Below, piece after piece: positions 53,301-64,000 of a DNA stretch of 64,000 nt; the first letter of the stretch is position 1, and every line of letters begins with the position of its first letter. The notes under the pieces are model-generated. The model was not told the DNA's origin, made no database searches, and worked only from the letters and a program-made list of their open reading frames with translations. The translations under genes and the position numbers were made by a program. Source of the stretch: the human T2T-CHM13v2.0 reference genome, Homo sapiens; assembly GCA_009914755.4 (NCBI GenBank), contig CP068257.2, forward strand, positions 11,232,001 to 11,296,000, in the 5' to 3' direction.

Positions 53301-56300
53301 GCAATCTAAATATCAATTTGCAGAATCCACAAAAATAGAGTTTCAAAGCTGCTCTGTAAAAAGAAAGGTTCCACTCTGTTAGCTGAGTACACACATCACA
53401 AACTTGTTTCTGAGAATCCTTCTGTCTCGTTTTTATGGGAAGATATTTACTTTTCCACCGTAGGCATCAAAGCGCTCCAAATGTCCACATCCAGATACTC
53501 CAGAACGAGTGTTTCAAACCTGCTCTATGAAAGGGAATCTTCAACTCTATGAGTTGAATGCAGACATCAGAAAGAAATTTCTGAGAATGCTGCTGTCTAC
53601 CTTTTATTTGAATTCCCGCTTCCAACGAAATCCTCCAAGCTATCCAAATATCCACTTGCATTTTCCACAAAAAGAGTGTTTCAAAACTGCTCTATCAATA
53701 GAAATGTTCAACTCCTTTGGCTGGGTACACACATCACAAACAAGTTTCTGAGAATGCTTCTGTCTAGTTTTTATGGGAAGACGTTCGCTTTTTCACCAAA
53801 GGCATCAAAGCGCTCCAAATGTCCACTTCCAGACACTACAAAAAGAGTGTTTCCAACGTGCTCTAAGAAAGCGAATGTTCAACTCTGTGACTTGAATGCA
53901 GATATCACAAAGTAGTTTCTGAGAGGGCTTCTGTCTAGATTTTAGATGATGATATTCCCGTTTCCAACGAAATCATTAGAGCTATCCAAATATCCACTTA
54001 CAGTTTCTACAAAAAGAGTGTTTCCAAACTGCTGCATCAAAAGAGAGGTTCCACTCTGTTAGCTGAGTACACACATCACAAACTTGTTTCTCAGAATCCT
54101 TCTGTCTCGTTTTTATGGGAAGATATTTACTTTTTCACCGTAGGCATCAAAGCGCTCCAAATGTCCACATCCAGATACTCCAGAAAGAGTGTTTCAAACC
54201 TGCTCTATGAAAGGGAATCTTCAACTCTATGAGTTGAATGCAGACATCAGAAAGAAATTTCTGAGAATGCTGCTGTCTACCTTTTATTTGAATTCCCGCT
54301 TCCAACGAAATCCTCCAAGCTATCCAAATATCCACTTGCAGATTCCACAAAAAGAGTGTTTCAAAACTGCTCTCTATCAATGGCAAAGTTCAACTCTGTT
54401 ACTTGAGGACACATATCACCAACAGGTTTCTGAGAATGCTTCTGTCTATTTTTTATGGGAAGATATTTCCTTTTTCACCGTAGGCGTCAAGGCGATCGAA
54501 ATGTCCACTTCCACAAACTACAAAAAGAGTGTTTCAAACCTGCTCTATGAAAGGCCATGTTCATCTCTATGAGTTGAATGGAAATATCCGAAAGAAATTT
54601 CTGGGAATGCTGCTGTCTAGTTTTTATACGAATTCCCGCTTCCAACGAAATCCTCAAAGCAATCCAAATATCCACTTGCAGAATCCACAAAAAGAGTGTT
54701 TCAAAACTGCTCTATCAATAGAAAGGTTCAACTCTTTTAGTTGAGTACACACATCACGAACAAGTTTCTCAGAATGCTTCCGTCTGGCTTTTATTGGAAG
54801 ACGTTTCCTTTTCACCAAAGGCATCAAAGCGCTCCAAATGTCCACTTCCAGATTCTTCCAAAAGAGTGTTTCAAACGTGCTCAAAGTAAGGGAATGTTCA
54901 ACTCTGTGACTTGAATGCAGATATCACCAAGTAGTTTCTAATAGTGTTTCTGTCTAGATTTTAGATGATGATATTCCCGTTTCCAACGAAATCGTTAGAG
55001 CTATCCAAATATCCACTTACAGTTTCTACAAAAAGGGTGTTTCCAAACTGCTGCATCAAAAGAAAGGTTCAACTCTGTTAGTTGAGGACACACATCACAA
55101 AGAAGTTTGTGAGAATGCTTCTGTCTAGATTTTGTATGACGATATTCCCTTTTCCAACGATATCGTTAAAGCAATCTAAATATCAATTTGCAGAATCCAC
55201 AAAAATAGAGTTTCAAAGCTGCTCTGTAAAAAGAAAGGTTCCACTCTGTTAGCTGAGTACACACATCACAAACTTGTTTCTGAGAATCCTTCTGTCTTGT
55301 TTTTATGGGAAGATATTTACTTTTTCACCGTAGGCATCAAAGGGCTCCAAATGTCCACATCCAGATACTCCAGAAAGAGTGTTTCAAACCTGCTCTATGA
55401 AAGGGAATCTTCAACTCTATGAGTTGAATGCAGACATCAGAAAGAAATTTCTGAGAATGCTGCTGTCTACCTTTTATGTGAATTCCCGCTTCCAATGAAA
55501 TCCTCCAAGCTATCCAAATATCCACCTGCATTTTCCACAAAAAGAGTGTTTCAAAACTGCTCTATCAATAGAAATGTTCAACTCCTTTGGCTGGGTACAC
55601 ACATCACAAACAAGTTTCTGAGAATGCTTCTGTCTAGTTTTTATGGGAAGACATTCCCTTTTTCACCAAAGGCATCAAAGCGCTCCAAATGTCCACTTCC
55701 AGACACTACAAAAAGAGTGTTTCCAACGTGCTCTAAGAAAGCGAATGATCAACTCTGTGACTTGAATGCAGATATCACAAAGTAGTTTCTGAGAGGGCTT
55801 CTGTCTAGATTTTAGACGATGATATTCCCGTTTCCAACGAAATCATTAGAGCTATCCAAATATCCACTTACAGTTTCTACAAAAAGAGTGTTTCCAAACT
55901 GCTGCATCAGAAGAGAGGTTCCACTCTGTTAGCTGAGTACACACATCACAAACTTGTTTCTCAGAATCCTTCTGTCTCGTTTTTATGGGAAGATATTTAC
56001 TTTTTCACCGTAGGCATCAAAGCGCTGCAAATGTCCACATCCAGATACTCCAGAAAGAGTGTTTCAAACCTGCTCTATGAAAGGGAATCTTCAACTCTAT
56101 GAGTTGAATGCAGACATCAGAAAGAAATTTCTGAGAATGCTGCTGTCTACCTTTTATTTGAATTCCCGCTTCCAACGAAATCCTCCAAGCTATCCAAATA
56201 TCCACTTGCTGATTCCACAGAAAGAGTGTTTCAAAACTGCTCTCTATCAATGGCAAAGTTCAACTCTGTTAGTTGAGGACACATATCACCAACAAGTTTC

Positions 56301-57649
56301 TGAGAATGCTTCTGTCTATTTTTTATGGGAAGATATTTCCTTTTTCACCGTAGGCGTCAAGGCGATCGAAATGTCCACTTCCACAAACTACAAAAAGAGT
56401 GTTTCAAACCTGCTCTATGAAAGGCCATGTTCATCTCTATGAGTTGAATGGAAATATCCGAAAGAAATTTCTGGGAATGCTGCTGTCTAGTTTTTATACG
56501 AATTCCCGCTTCCAACGAAATCCTCAAAACAATCCAAATATCCACTTGCAGAATCCACAAAAAGAGTGTTTCAAAACTGCTCTATCAATAGAAAGGTTCA
56601 ACACTTTTAGTTGAGTACACACATCACGAACAAGTTTCTGAGAATGCTTCTGTCTGGCTTTTATTGGAAGACGTTTCCTTTTCACCAAAGGCATCAAAGC
56701 GCTCCAAATGTCCACTTCCAGATTCTTCCAAAAGAGTGTTTCAAACGTGCTCAAAGTAAGGGAATGTTCAACTCTGTGACTTGAATGCAGATATCACCAA
56801 GTAGTTTCTAATAGTGCTTCTGTCTAGATTTTAGATGATGATATTCCCGTTTCCAACGAAATCGTTAGAGCTATCCAAATATCCACTTACAGTTTCTACC
56901 AAAAGGGTGTTTCCAAACTGCTGCATCAAAAGAAAGGTTCAACTCTGTTAGTTGAGGACACACATCACAAAGAAGTTTGTGAGAATGCTTCTGTCTAGAT
57001 TTTGTATGACGATATTCCCTTTTCCAACGATATCGTTAAAGCAATCTAAATATCAATTTGCAGAATCCACAAAAATAGAGTTTCAAACCTGCTCTGTAAA
57101 AAGAAAGGTTCCACTCTGTTAGCTGAGTACACACATCACAAACTTGTTTCTGAGAATCCTTCTGTCTCGTTTTTATGGGAAGATATTTACTTTTTCACCG
57201 TAGGCATCAAAGCGCTCCAAATGTCCACATCCAGATACCCCAGAAAGAGTGTTTCAAACCTGCTCTATGAAAGGGAATCTTCAACTCAATGAGTTGAATG
57301 CAGACATCAGAAAGAACTTTCTGAGAATGCTGCTGTCTACCTTTTATTTGAATTCCCGCTTCCAACGAAATCCTCCAAGCTATCCAAATATCCACTTGCA
57401 TTTTCCACAAAAAGAGTGTTTCAAAACTGCTCTATCAATAGAAATGTTCAACTCCTTTGGCTGGGTACACACATCACAAACAAGTTTCTGAGAATGCTTC
57501 TGTCTAGTTTTTATGGGAAGACATTCCCTTTTTCACCAAAGGCATCAAAGCGCTCCAAATGTCCACTTCCAGACACTACAAAAAGAGGGTTTCCAACGTG
57601 CTCTAAGAAAGCGAATGTTCAACTCTGTGACTTGAATGCAGATATCACA

Positions 57650-60600
57650 AAGTAGTTTCTGAGAGGGCTTCTGTCTGGATTTTAGATGATGATATTCCCG
57701 TTTCCAACGAAATCATTAGAGCTATCCAAATATCCACTTACAGTTTCTACAAAAAGAGTGTTTCCAAACTGCTGCATCAAAAGAGAGGTTCCACTCTGTT
57801 AGCTGAGTACACACATCACAAACTTGTTTCTGAGAATCCTTCTGTCTCGTTTTTATGGGAAGATATTTCCTTTTTCACCGTAGGCATCAAAGCGCTCAAA
57901 ATGTCCACTTCCAGATTCTTCCAAAAGAGTGTTTCAAACGTGCTCAAAGTAAGGGAATGTTCAACTCTGTGACTTGAATGCAGATATCACCAAGTAGTTT
58001 CTAATAGTGCTTCTGTCTACATTTTAGATGATGATATTCCCGTTTCCAATGAAATCGTTAAATCTATCCAAATATCCACTTACAGTTTCTACAAAAAGAG
58101 TGTTTCCAAACTGCTGCATCAAAAGGAAGGTTCAACTCTGTTAGTTGAGGACACACATCACAAAGATGTTTGTGAGAATGCTTCTGTCTAGATTTTGTAT
58201 GACCATATTCCCTTTTCCAACGATATCGTTAAAGAAATCTAAATATCAATTTGCAGAATCCACAAAAATAGAGTTTCAAAGCTGCTCTGTAAAAAGAAAG
58301 GTTCCACTCTGTTAGCTGAGTACACACATCACAAACTTGTTTCTGAGAATCCTTCTGTCTCGTTTTTATGGGAAGATATTTACTTTTTCACCGTAGGCAT
58401 CAAAGCGCTCCAAATGTCCACATCCAGATACTCCAGAAAGAGTGTTTCAAACCTGCTCTATGAAAGGGAATCTTCAACTCTATGAGTTGAATGCAGACAT
58501 CAGAAAGAAATTTCTGAGAATGCTGCTGTCTACCTTTTATTTGAATTCCCGCTTCCAACGAAATCCTCCAAGCTATCCAAATATCCACCTGCATTTTCCA
58601 CAAAAAGAGTGTTTCAAAACTGCTCTATCAATAGAAATGTTCAACTCCTTTGGCTGGGTACACACATCACAAACAAGTTTCTGAGAATGCTTCTGTCTAG
58701 TTTTTATGGGAAGACATTCCCTTTTTCACCAAAGGCATCAAAGCGCTCCAAATGTCCACTTCCAGACACTACAAAAAGAGTGTTTCAAACGTGCTCTAAG
58801 AAAGCGAATGTTCAACTCTGTGACTTGAATGCAGATATCACAAAGTAGTTTCTGAGAGGGCTTCTGTCTAGATTTTAGATGATGATATTCCCGATTACAA
58901 AGAAATCGTTAGAGCTATCCAAATATCCACTTACAGTTTCTACAAAAAGAGTGTTTCCAAACTGCTGCATCAAAAGAAAGATTCAACTCTGTTAGTTGAG
59001 GACACACATCACAAAGAAGTTTGTGAGAATGCTTCTGTCTAGATTTTGTATGACGATATTCCCTTTTCCAACGATATCGTTAAAGCAATCTAAATATCAA
59101 TTTGCAGAATCCACAAAAATAGAGTTTCAAAGCTGCTCTGTAAAAAGAAAGGTTCCGCTCTGTTAGCTGAGTACACACATCACAAACTTGTTTCTGAGAA
59201 TCCTTCTGTCTCGTTTTTATGGGAAGATATTTACTTTTTCACCGTAGGCATCAAAGCGCTCCAAATGTCCACATCCAGATACTACAGAAAGAGTATTTCA
59301 AACCTGCTCTATGAAAGGGAATCTTCAACTCTATGAGTTGAATGCAGACATCAGAAAGAAATTTCTGAGAATGCTGCTGTCTATCTTTTATTTGAATTCC
59401 CGTTTCCAACGAAATCCTCCAAGCTATCCAAATATCCACTTGCAGATTCCACAGAAAGAGTGTTTCAAAACTGCTCTCTATCAATGGCAAAGTTCAACTC
59501 TGTCAGTTGAGGACACATATCTCCAACAAGTTTCTGAGAATGCTTCTGTCTATTTTTTATGGGAAGATATTTCCTTTTTCACCGTAGGCGTCAAGGCGAT
59601 CGAAATGTCCACTTCCACAAACTACAAAAAGAGTGTTTCAAACCTGCTCTATGAAAGGCCATGTTCATCTCTATGAGTTGAATGGAAATATCCGAAAGAA
59701 ATTTCTGGGAATGCTGCTGTCTAGTTTTTATACGAATTCCCGCTTCCAACGAAATCCTCAAAGCAATCCAAATATCCACTTGCAGAATCCACAAAAAGAG
59801 TGTTTCAAAACTGCTCTATCAATAGAAAGGTTCAACTCTTTTAGTTGAGTACACACATCACGAACAAGTTTCTCAGAATGCTTCTGTCTGGCTTTTATTG
59901 GAAGACGTTTCCTTTTCACCAAAGGCATCAAAGCGCTCCAAATGTCCACTTCCAGATTCTTCCAAAAGAGTGTTTCAAACGTGCTCAAAGTAAGGGAATG
60001 TTCAACTCTGTGACTTGAATGCAGATATCACCAAGTAGTTTCTAATAGTGCTTCTGTCTAGATTTTAGATGATGATATTCCCGTTTCCAACGAAATCGTT
60101 AGAGCTATCCAAATATCCACTTACAGTTTCTACAAAAAGAGTGTTTCCAAACTGCTGCATCAAAAGAAAGGTTCAACTCTGTTAGTTGAGGACACACATC
60201 ACAAAGAAGTTTGTGAGAATGCTTTTGTCTAGATTTTGTGTGACCATATTCCCTTTTCCAACGATATCGTTAAAGCAATCTAAATATCAATTTGCAGAAT
60301 CCACAAAAATAGAGTTTCAAAGCTGCTCTTTAAAAAGAAGGGTTCCACTCTGTTAGCTGAGTACACACATCACAAACTTGTTTCTGAGAAACCTTCTGTC
60401 TCGTTTTTATGGGAAGATATTTACTTTTTCACCGTAGGCATCAAAGCGCTCCAAATGTCCACATCCAGATACTCCAGAAAGAGTGTTTCAAACCTGCTCT
60501 ATGAAAGGGAATCTTCAACTCTATGAGTTGAATGCAGACATCAGAAAGAAATTTCTGAGAATGCTGCTGTCTACCTTTTATTTGAATTCCCGCTTCCAAC

Positions 60601-61900
60601 GAAATCCTCCAAGCTATCCAAATATCCACCTGCATTTTCCACAAAAAAAGTGTTTCAAAACTGCTCTATCAATAGAAATGTTCAACTCCTTTGTCTGGGT
60701 ACACACATCACAAACAAGTTTCTGAGAATGCTTCTGTCTAGTTTTTATGGGAAGACATTCCCTTTTTCACCAAAGGCATCAAAGCGCTCCAAATGTCCAC
60801 TTCCAGACACTACAAAAAGAGTGTTTCAAACGTGCTCTAAGAAAGCGAATGTTCAACTCTGTGACTTGAATGCAGATATCACCAAGTAGTTTCTGAGAGG
60901 GCTTCTGTCTAGATTTTAGATGATGATATTCCCGCTTCCAACGAAATCATTAGAGCTATCCAAATATCCACTTACAGTTTCTACAAAAAGAGTGTTTCCA
61001 AACTGCTGCATCAAAAGAATGGTTCAACTCTGTTAGTTGAGGACACACATCACAAAGAAGTTTGTGAGAATGCTTCTGTCTAGATTTTGTATGACGATAT
61101 TCCCTTTTCCAACGATATCGTTAAAGCAATCTAAATATCAATTTGCAGAATCCACAAAAATAGAGTTTCAAAGCTGCTCGGTAAAAAGAAAGGTTCCACT
61201 CTGTTAGCTGAGTACACACATCACAAACTTGTTTCTGAGAATCCTTCTGTCTCGTTTTTATGGGAAGATATTTCCTTTTTCACCGTAGGCATCAAAGCGC
61301 TCAAAATGTCCACTTCCAGATTCTTCCAAAAGAGTGTTTCAAACGTGCTCAAAGTAAGGGAATGTTCAACTCTGTGACTTGAATGCAGATATCACCAAGT
61401 AGTTTCTAATAGTGCTTCTGTCTAGATTTTAGATGATGATATTCCCGTTTCCAACGAAATCGTTACAGCTATCCAAATATCCACTTACAGTTTCTACAAA
61501 AAGAGTGTTTGCAAACTGCTGCATCAAAAGAAAGGTTCAACTCTGTTAGTTGAGGACACACATCACAAAGAAGTTTGTGAGAATGCTTCTGTCTAGATTT
61601 TGTATGACCATATTCCCTTTTCCAACGATATCATTAAAGCAATCTAAATATCCATTTGCAGAATCCACAAAAATAGAGTTTCAAAGCTGCTCTGTAAAAA
61701 GAAAAGTTCCACTCTGTTAGCTGAGTACACACATCACAAACTTGTTTCTGAGAATCCTTCTGTCTCGTTTTTATGGGAAGATATTTACTTTTTCACCGTA
61801 GGCATCAAAGCGCTCCAAATGTCCACATCCAGATACTCCAGAAAGAGTGTTTCAAACCTGCTCTATGAAAGGGAATCTTCAACTCTATGAGTTGAATGCA
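57650..61900 (-). repeat. Zone of structurally variant HORs (7-mer and other truncated or shuffled units, hybrid monomers) replacing the canonical 11-mer
   Basis: The 1870-bp period is lost. The spacing of the M11/M1 landmark (MWKMQ ORF) becomes 1193 bp (57207 to 58400), then about 2041 and 1364 bp. A hybrid monomer with an M4/M6-like start and M8 tail ('caccgtaggcatcaaagcgctcaaaatgtccacttccagattcttcc') occurs at 57876 and again at 61281. M3/M9 hybrid monomers lie at about 58860 and 60890. Confidence 0.8.
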
Positions 61901-64000
61901 GACATCAGAAAGAAATTTCTGAGAATGCTGCTGTCTACCTTTCATTTGAATTCCCGCTTCCAACGAAATCCTCCAGTCTATCCAAATATCCACTTGCAGA
62001 TTCCACAAAAAGAGTGTTTCTAAACTGCTCTATCAATGGCAAGGTTCAACTCTGTCAGTTGAGGATACACATCACAAACAAGTTTCTGAGAATTCTTCAA
62101 TTTTTTTACGGGAAGACATTTCCTTTTTCACCGTAGGCGTCAAAGCGATCGAAATGTCTTCATCCATACAATACAAAAAGTGTGTTTCAAACCTGCTCTA
62201 TGAAAGGGAATGTTCATCTCTATGTGTTGAATGGAAATATCAGAAAGAAATTTCTGAGAATGCTGCTACTTTTTTATGAATTCCCGCTTCCAACGAAATC
62301 CTCAAAGCAATCCAAATATCCACTTGCAGATTCCACAAAAAGAGTGTTTCAAAACTGCTCTATCAAGAGAAAGGTTCAACTCTTTTAGTTGAGTACACAC
62401 ATCACATACAAGTTTCTGAGAAAGCTTCTGTCTACTTTTTAAGGGAAGACATTTCCTTTTTCACCAAATGCATCAAAGCGCTCCAAATGTCCACTTCCAG
62501 ATTCTACAAAAAGAGTGTTTCAAACCTGCTCTAAGTAAGGGAGTTTTCAACTCTGTGACTGGAATGCAGATATCACAAAGTAGTTTCTGAGACTGATTCT
62601 GTGTATACTTTAGATGAAGGTATTCCCGTTTCCAATGATATCGTTAGACCTACCCAAATATCCACTTACAGTTTCTACAAAAAGAGTGTTTCCAAACTGC
62701 TGCATCTAAAGAAAGGTTCAACTCTGTGAGTTGAGGACACACATCACAAAGAAGTTTCTGAGAAAGCTTCTGTCTAGATTTTGTATGAAGATATTCCCTT
62801 TTCCAACGATATCGTTAAATCAACCCAAATATCAATTTGCAGAATCCACAGAAATAGAGTTTCAAAGCTGCTCTGTAAAAAGAAAGGATCCACTCTGTTA
62901 GCTGAGTACACACATCACAAACTTGTTTCTGAGAATACTTCTGTCTAGTTTTTATGGGAAGATATTTACTTTTTCACCGTAGGTATCAAAGCGCTCCAAA
63001 TGTCCACATCCAGATACTACAGAAAGAGTGTTTCAAACCTGCTCTATGAAAGGGAATCTTCAACTCTATGAGTTGAATGCAGACATCAGAAAGTAATTTC
63101 TGAGAATGCTGCTGTCTACCTTTCATTTGAATTCCCGCTTCCAACGAAATCCTCCAAGCTATCCAAATATTCACTTGCAGATTCCACAAAAAGAGTGTTT
63201 CAAAACTACTCTATCAATAGAAAGGTACAACTGTGTCAGTTGAGGACACACATCACAAACAAGTTTCTGAGAATTCTTCAATTTTTTATGGGAAGACATT
63301 TCCTTTTTCACCGTAGGCGTCAAAGCACTCCAAATGTCCACATCCAGATAGTACAGAAAGAGTGTTTCAAACCTGCTCTATTAAAGGGAATGTTCAACTC
63401 TATGAGTTGAATGCAAACATCAGAAAGAAATTTCTGAGAATGCTGCTGTCTACCTTTTATTTGAATTCCCGCTTCCAACGAAAACCTCCAAGCTATCCAA
63501 ATATCCACTTGCAGATTCCACAAAAAGAGTGTTTCAAAACTGCTCTATCAATAGAAATGTTCAACTCCTTTCGCTGGGTACACACATCACAAACAAGTTT
63601 CTGAGAAAGCTTCTGTCTAGTTTTTATGGGAAGACATTTCCTTTTTCACCAAAGGCATCAAAGAGCTCCAAATGTCCACTTCCAGATACTACAAAAAGAG
63701 TGTTTCAAAAGTGCTCTAAGAAAGCGAATGTTCAACTCTGTGACTTGAATGCAGATATCACAAAGTAGTTTCTGAGAGTGCTTCTGTCTAGTTTTTACAT
63801 GATGATATTCCCGTTTCCAACGAAATCATCAGAGCTATCCAAATATCCACTTACAGTTTCTACAAAAAGAGTGTTTCCAAACTGCTGCATCAAAAGAGAG
63901 GTTCCACTCTGTTAGCTGAGTACACACATCACAAACTTGTTTCTGAGAATCCTTCTGTCTAGCTTTTATGGGAAGATATTTTCTTTTTCACCGTAGGCAT
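61900..64000 (-). repeat. Diverged alpha-satellite HOR copies (same monomer order but roughly 8–12% substitutions and small indels)
   Basis: For example, 61961–62300 shows many substitutions relative to the canonical M5–M8. There is a 5-bp deletion at about 62265 (gctgctacttttttatgaattcc). Boxes are destroyed, for example 'tcccgtttccaatgata' at about 62625. Confidence 0.8.

Larger units (their letters stand above)
1..57650 (-). repeat. Homogeneous HOR array: 11-monomer, 1,870-bp higher-order repeat, about 30.8 tandem head-to-tail copies
   Basis: Every ORF and sequence motif recurs at an exact +1870 bp offset (for example 1124, 2994, 4864 ... ; M1 box at 1271, 3141 ... 57354). A few units are 1867 or 1868 bp. 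1870/11 is about 170 bp per monomer. Inter-copy identity is visibly 99% or higher. Confidence 0.95.
1..64000 (-). repeat. Centromeric alpha-satellite DNA array (~171-bp monomers) filling the whole window; minus orientation relative to the conventional consensus
   Basis: Ubiquitous ~171-bp periodicity. CENP-B box reverse complement 'tcccgYttccaacgaaa' recurs about every 340 bp. Hallmark alpha-satellite strings are present ('tccaaatatccacttgcag', 'aaagagtgtttcaaaactgctc', 'gcatcaaagcgctccaaatgtccac'). No interruption by unrelated sequence anywhere. Confidence 0.97.

Noticed and set aside
57650-58400. Possible transposable-element insertion (L1, Alu or SVA) explaining the ORF gaps near 57.7–58.4 kb and 60.9–61.8 kb
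   Set aside because: Reading the sequence shows only rearranged or mutated alpha-satellite monomers. The ORF gaps come from point substitutions that create stops and from altered monomer order. There is no poly-A, target-site duplication or TE-like sequence.
1-64000. Tandemly repeated 'gene family' encoding 67–127 aa proteins on both strands
   Set aside because: The ORFs overlap in multiple frames and on both strands and repeat with the 1870-bp satellite period. They translate to low-complexity peptides without recognisable domains. They are a by-product of stop-codon-poor alpha-satellite monomers.
1-64000. A novel defence or other multi-gene biological system (the prompt suggests one may be present)
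   Set aside because: Every segment I examined, including the ORF-poor gaps at 57.65–58.4 kb and 60.9–61.8 kb, is alpha-satellite monomer sequence. There is no operon-like gene arrangement, no prokaryotic signals and no unique non-repetitive sequence that could encode a system.
1-64000. CRISPR-like array (highly regular direct repeats)
   Set aside because: The repeats are contiguous 171-bp units with no unique spacers between them. The period and sequence are those of alpha satellite. This is a eukaryotic centromeric context.
1-64000. Confident chromosome assignment (for example D21Z1/D13Z1 alpha21-I or D8Z2)
   Set aside because: The 11-mer length and five alternating CENP-B boxes are suggestive, but I cannot verify this without aligning to reference HOR consensus sequences. 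I keep it as a hypothesis only.

Overview
The whole 64 kb window is primate (almost certainly human) centromeric alpha-satellite DNA. It is organised as a higher-order repeat (HOR) array and contains no supportable protein-coding, tRNA, rRNA, CRISPR or transposon features.

The + strand shows the reverse complement of the conventional alpha-satellite consensus. The CENP-B box appears as TCCCGYTTCCAACGAAA, and I also see 'tccaaatatccacttgcagattc', so the array sits in minus orientation throughout.

Monomers are about 171 bp. Eleven monomers form a 1,870-bp HOR, and about 30.8 copies run head-to-tail from position 1 to about 57.65 kb. These copies are extremely similar. Copies 1 to about 14.1 kb appear base-identical. 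A few copies are 1,867 or 1,868 bp because of 1–3 bp indels.

Each HOR carries five intact CENP-B boxes on alternating monomers (M1, M3, M5, M7, M9) and one degenerate box (M10). The interleaved monomers carry a 'tttcaccgtaggc' or 'tttcaccaaaggc' motif, which I take to be a pJalpha-type site, at the equivalent position.

Superimposed on the HOR are larger nested duplications:
- A perfect 5.6-kb block of 3 HORs is present twice (15.65–21.26 kb and 21.26–26.86 kb).
- A 7.48-kb block of 4 HORs is present twice (about 35.35–42.83 kb and 42.83–50.31 kb).
- A 3.74-kb doublet of 2 HORs recurs three times.
- A triplet of 1,867-bp variant units lies at about 27.5–33.4 kb.

From about 57.65 kb the regular period breaks into variant HORs (a 7-mer, shuffled and hybrid monomers). 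From about 61.9 kb the monomers are roughly 10% diverged. This looks like the transition from a homogeneous array core toward an older or edge layer.

The six-frame ORFs are artefacts of AT-rich, stop-poor tandem repeats. They overlap on both strands and recur with the HOR period.

I found no novel defence or other genetic system here. The interesting content is the satellite architecture itself.
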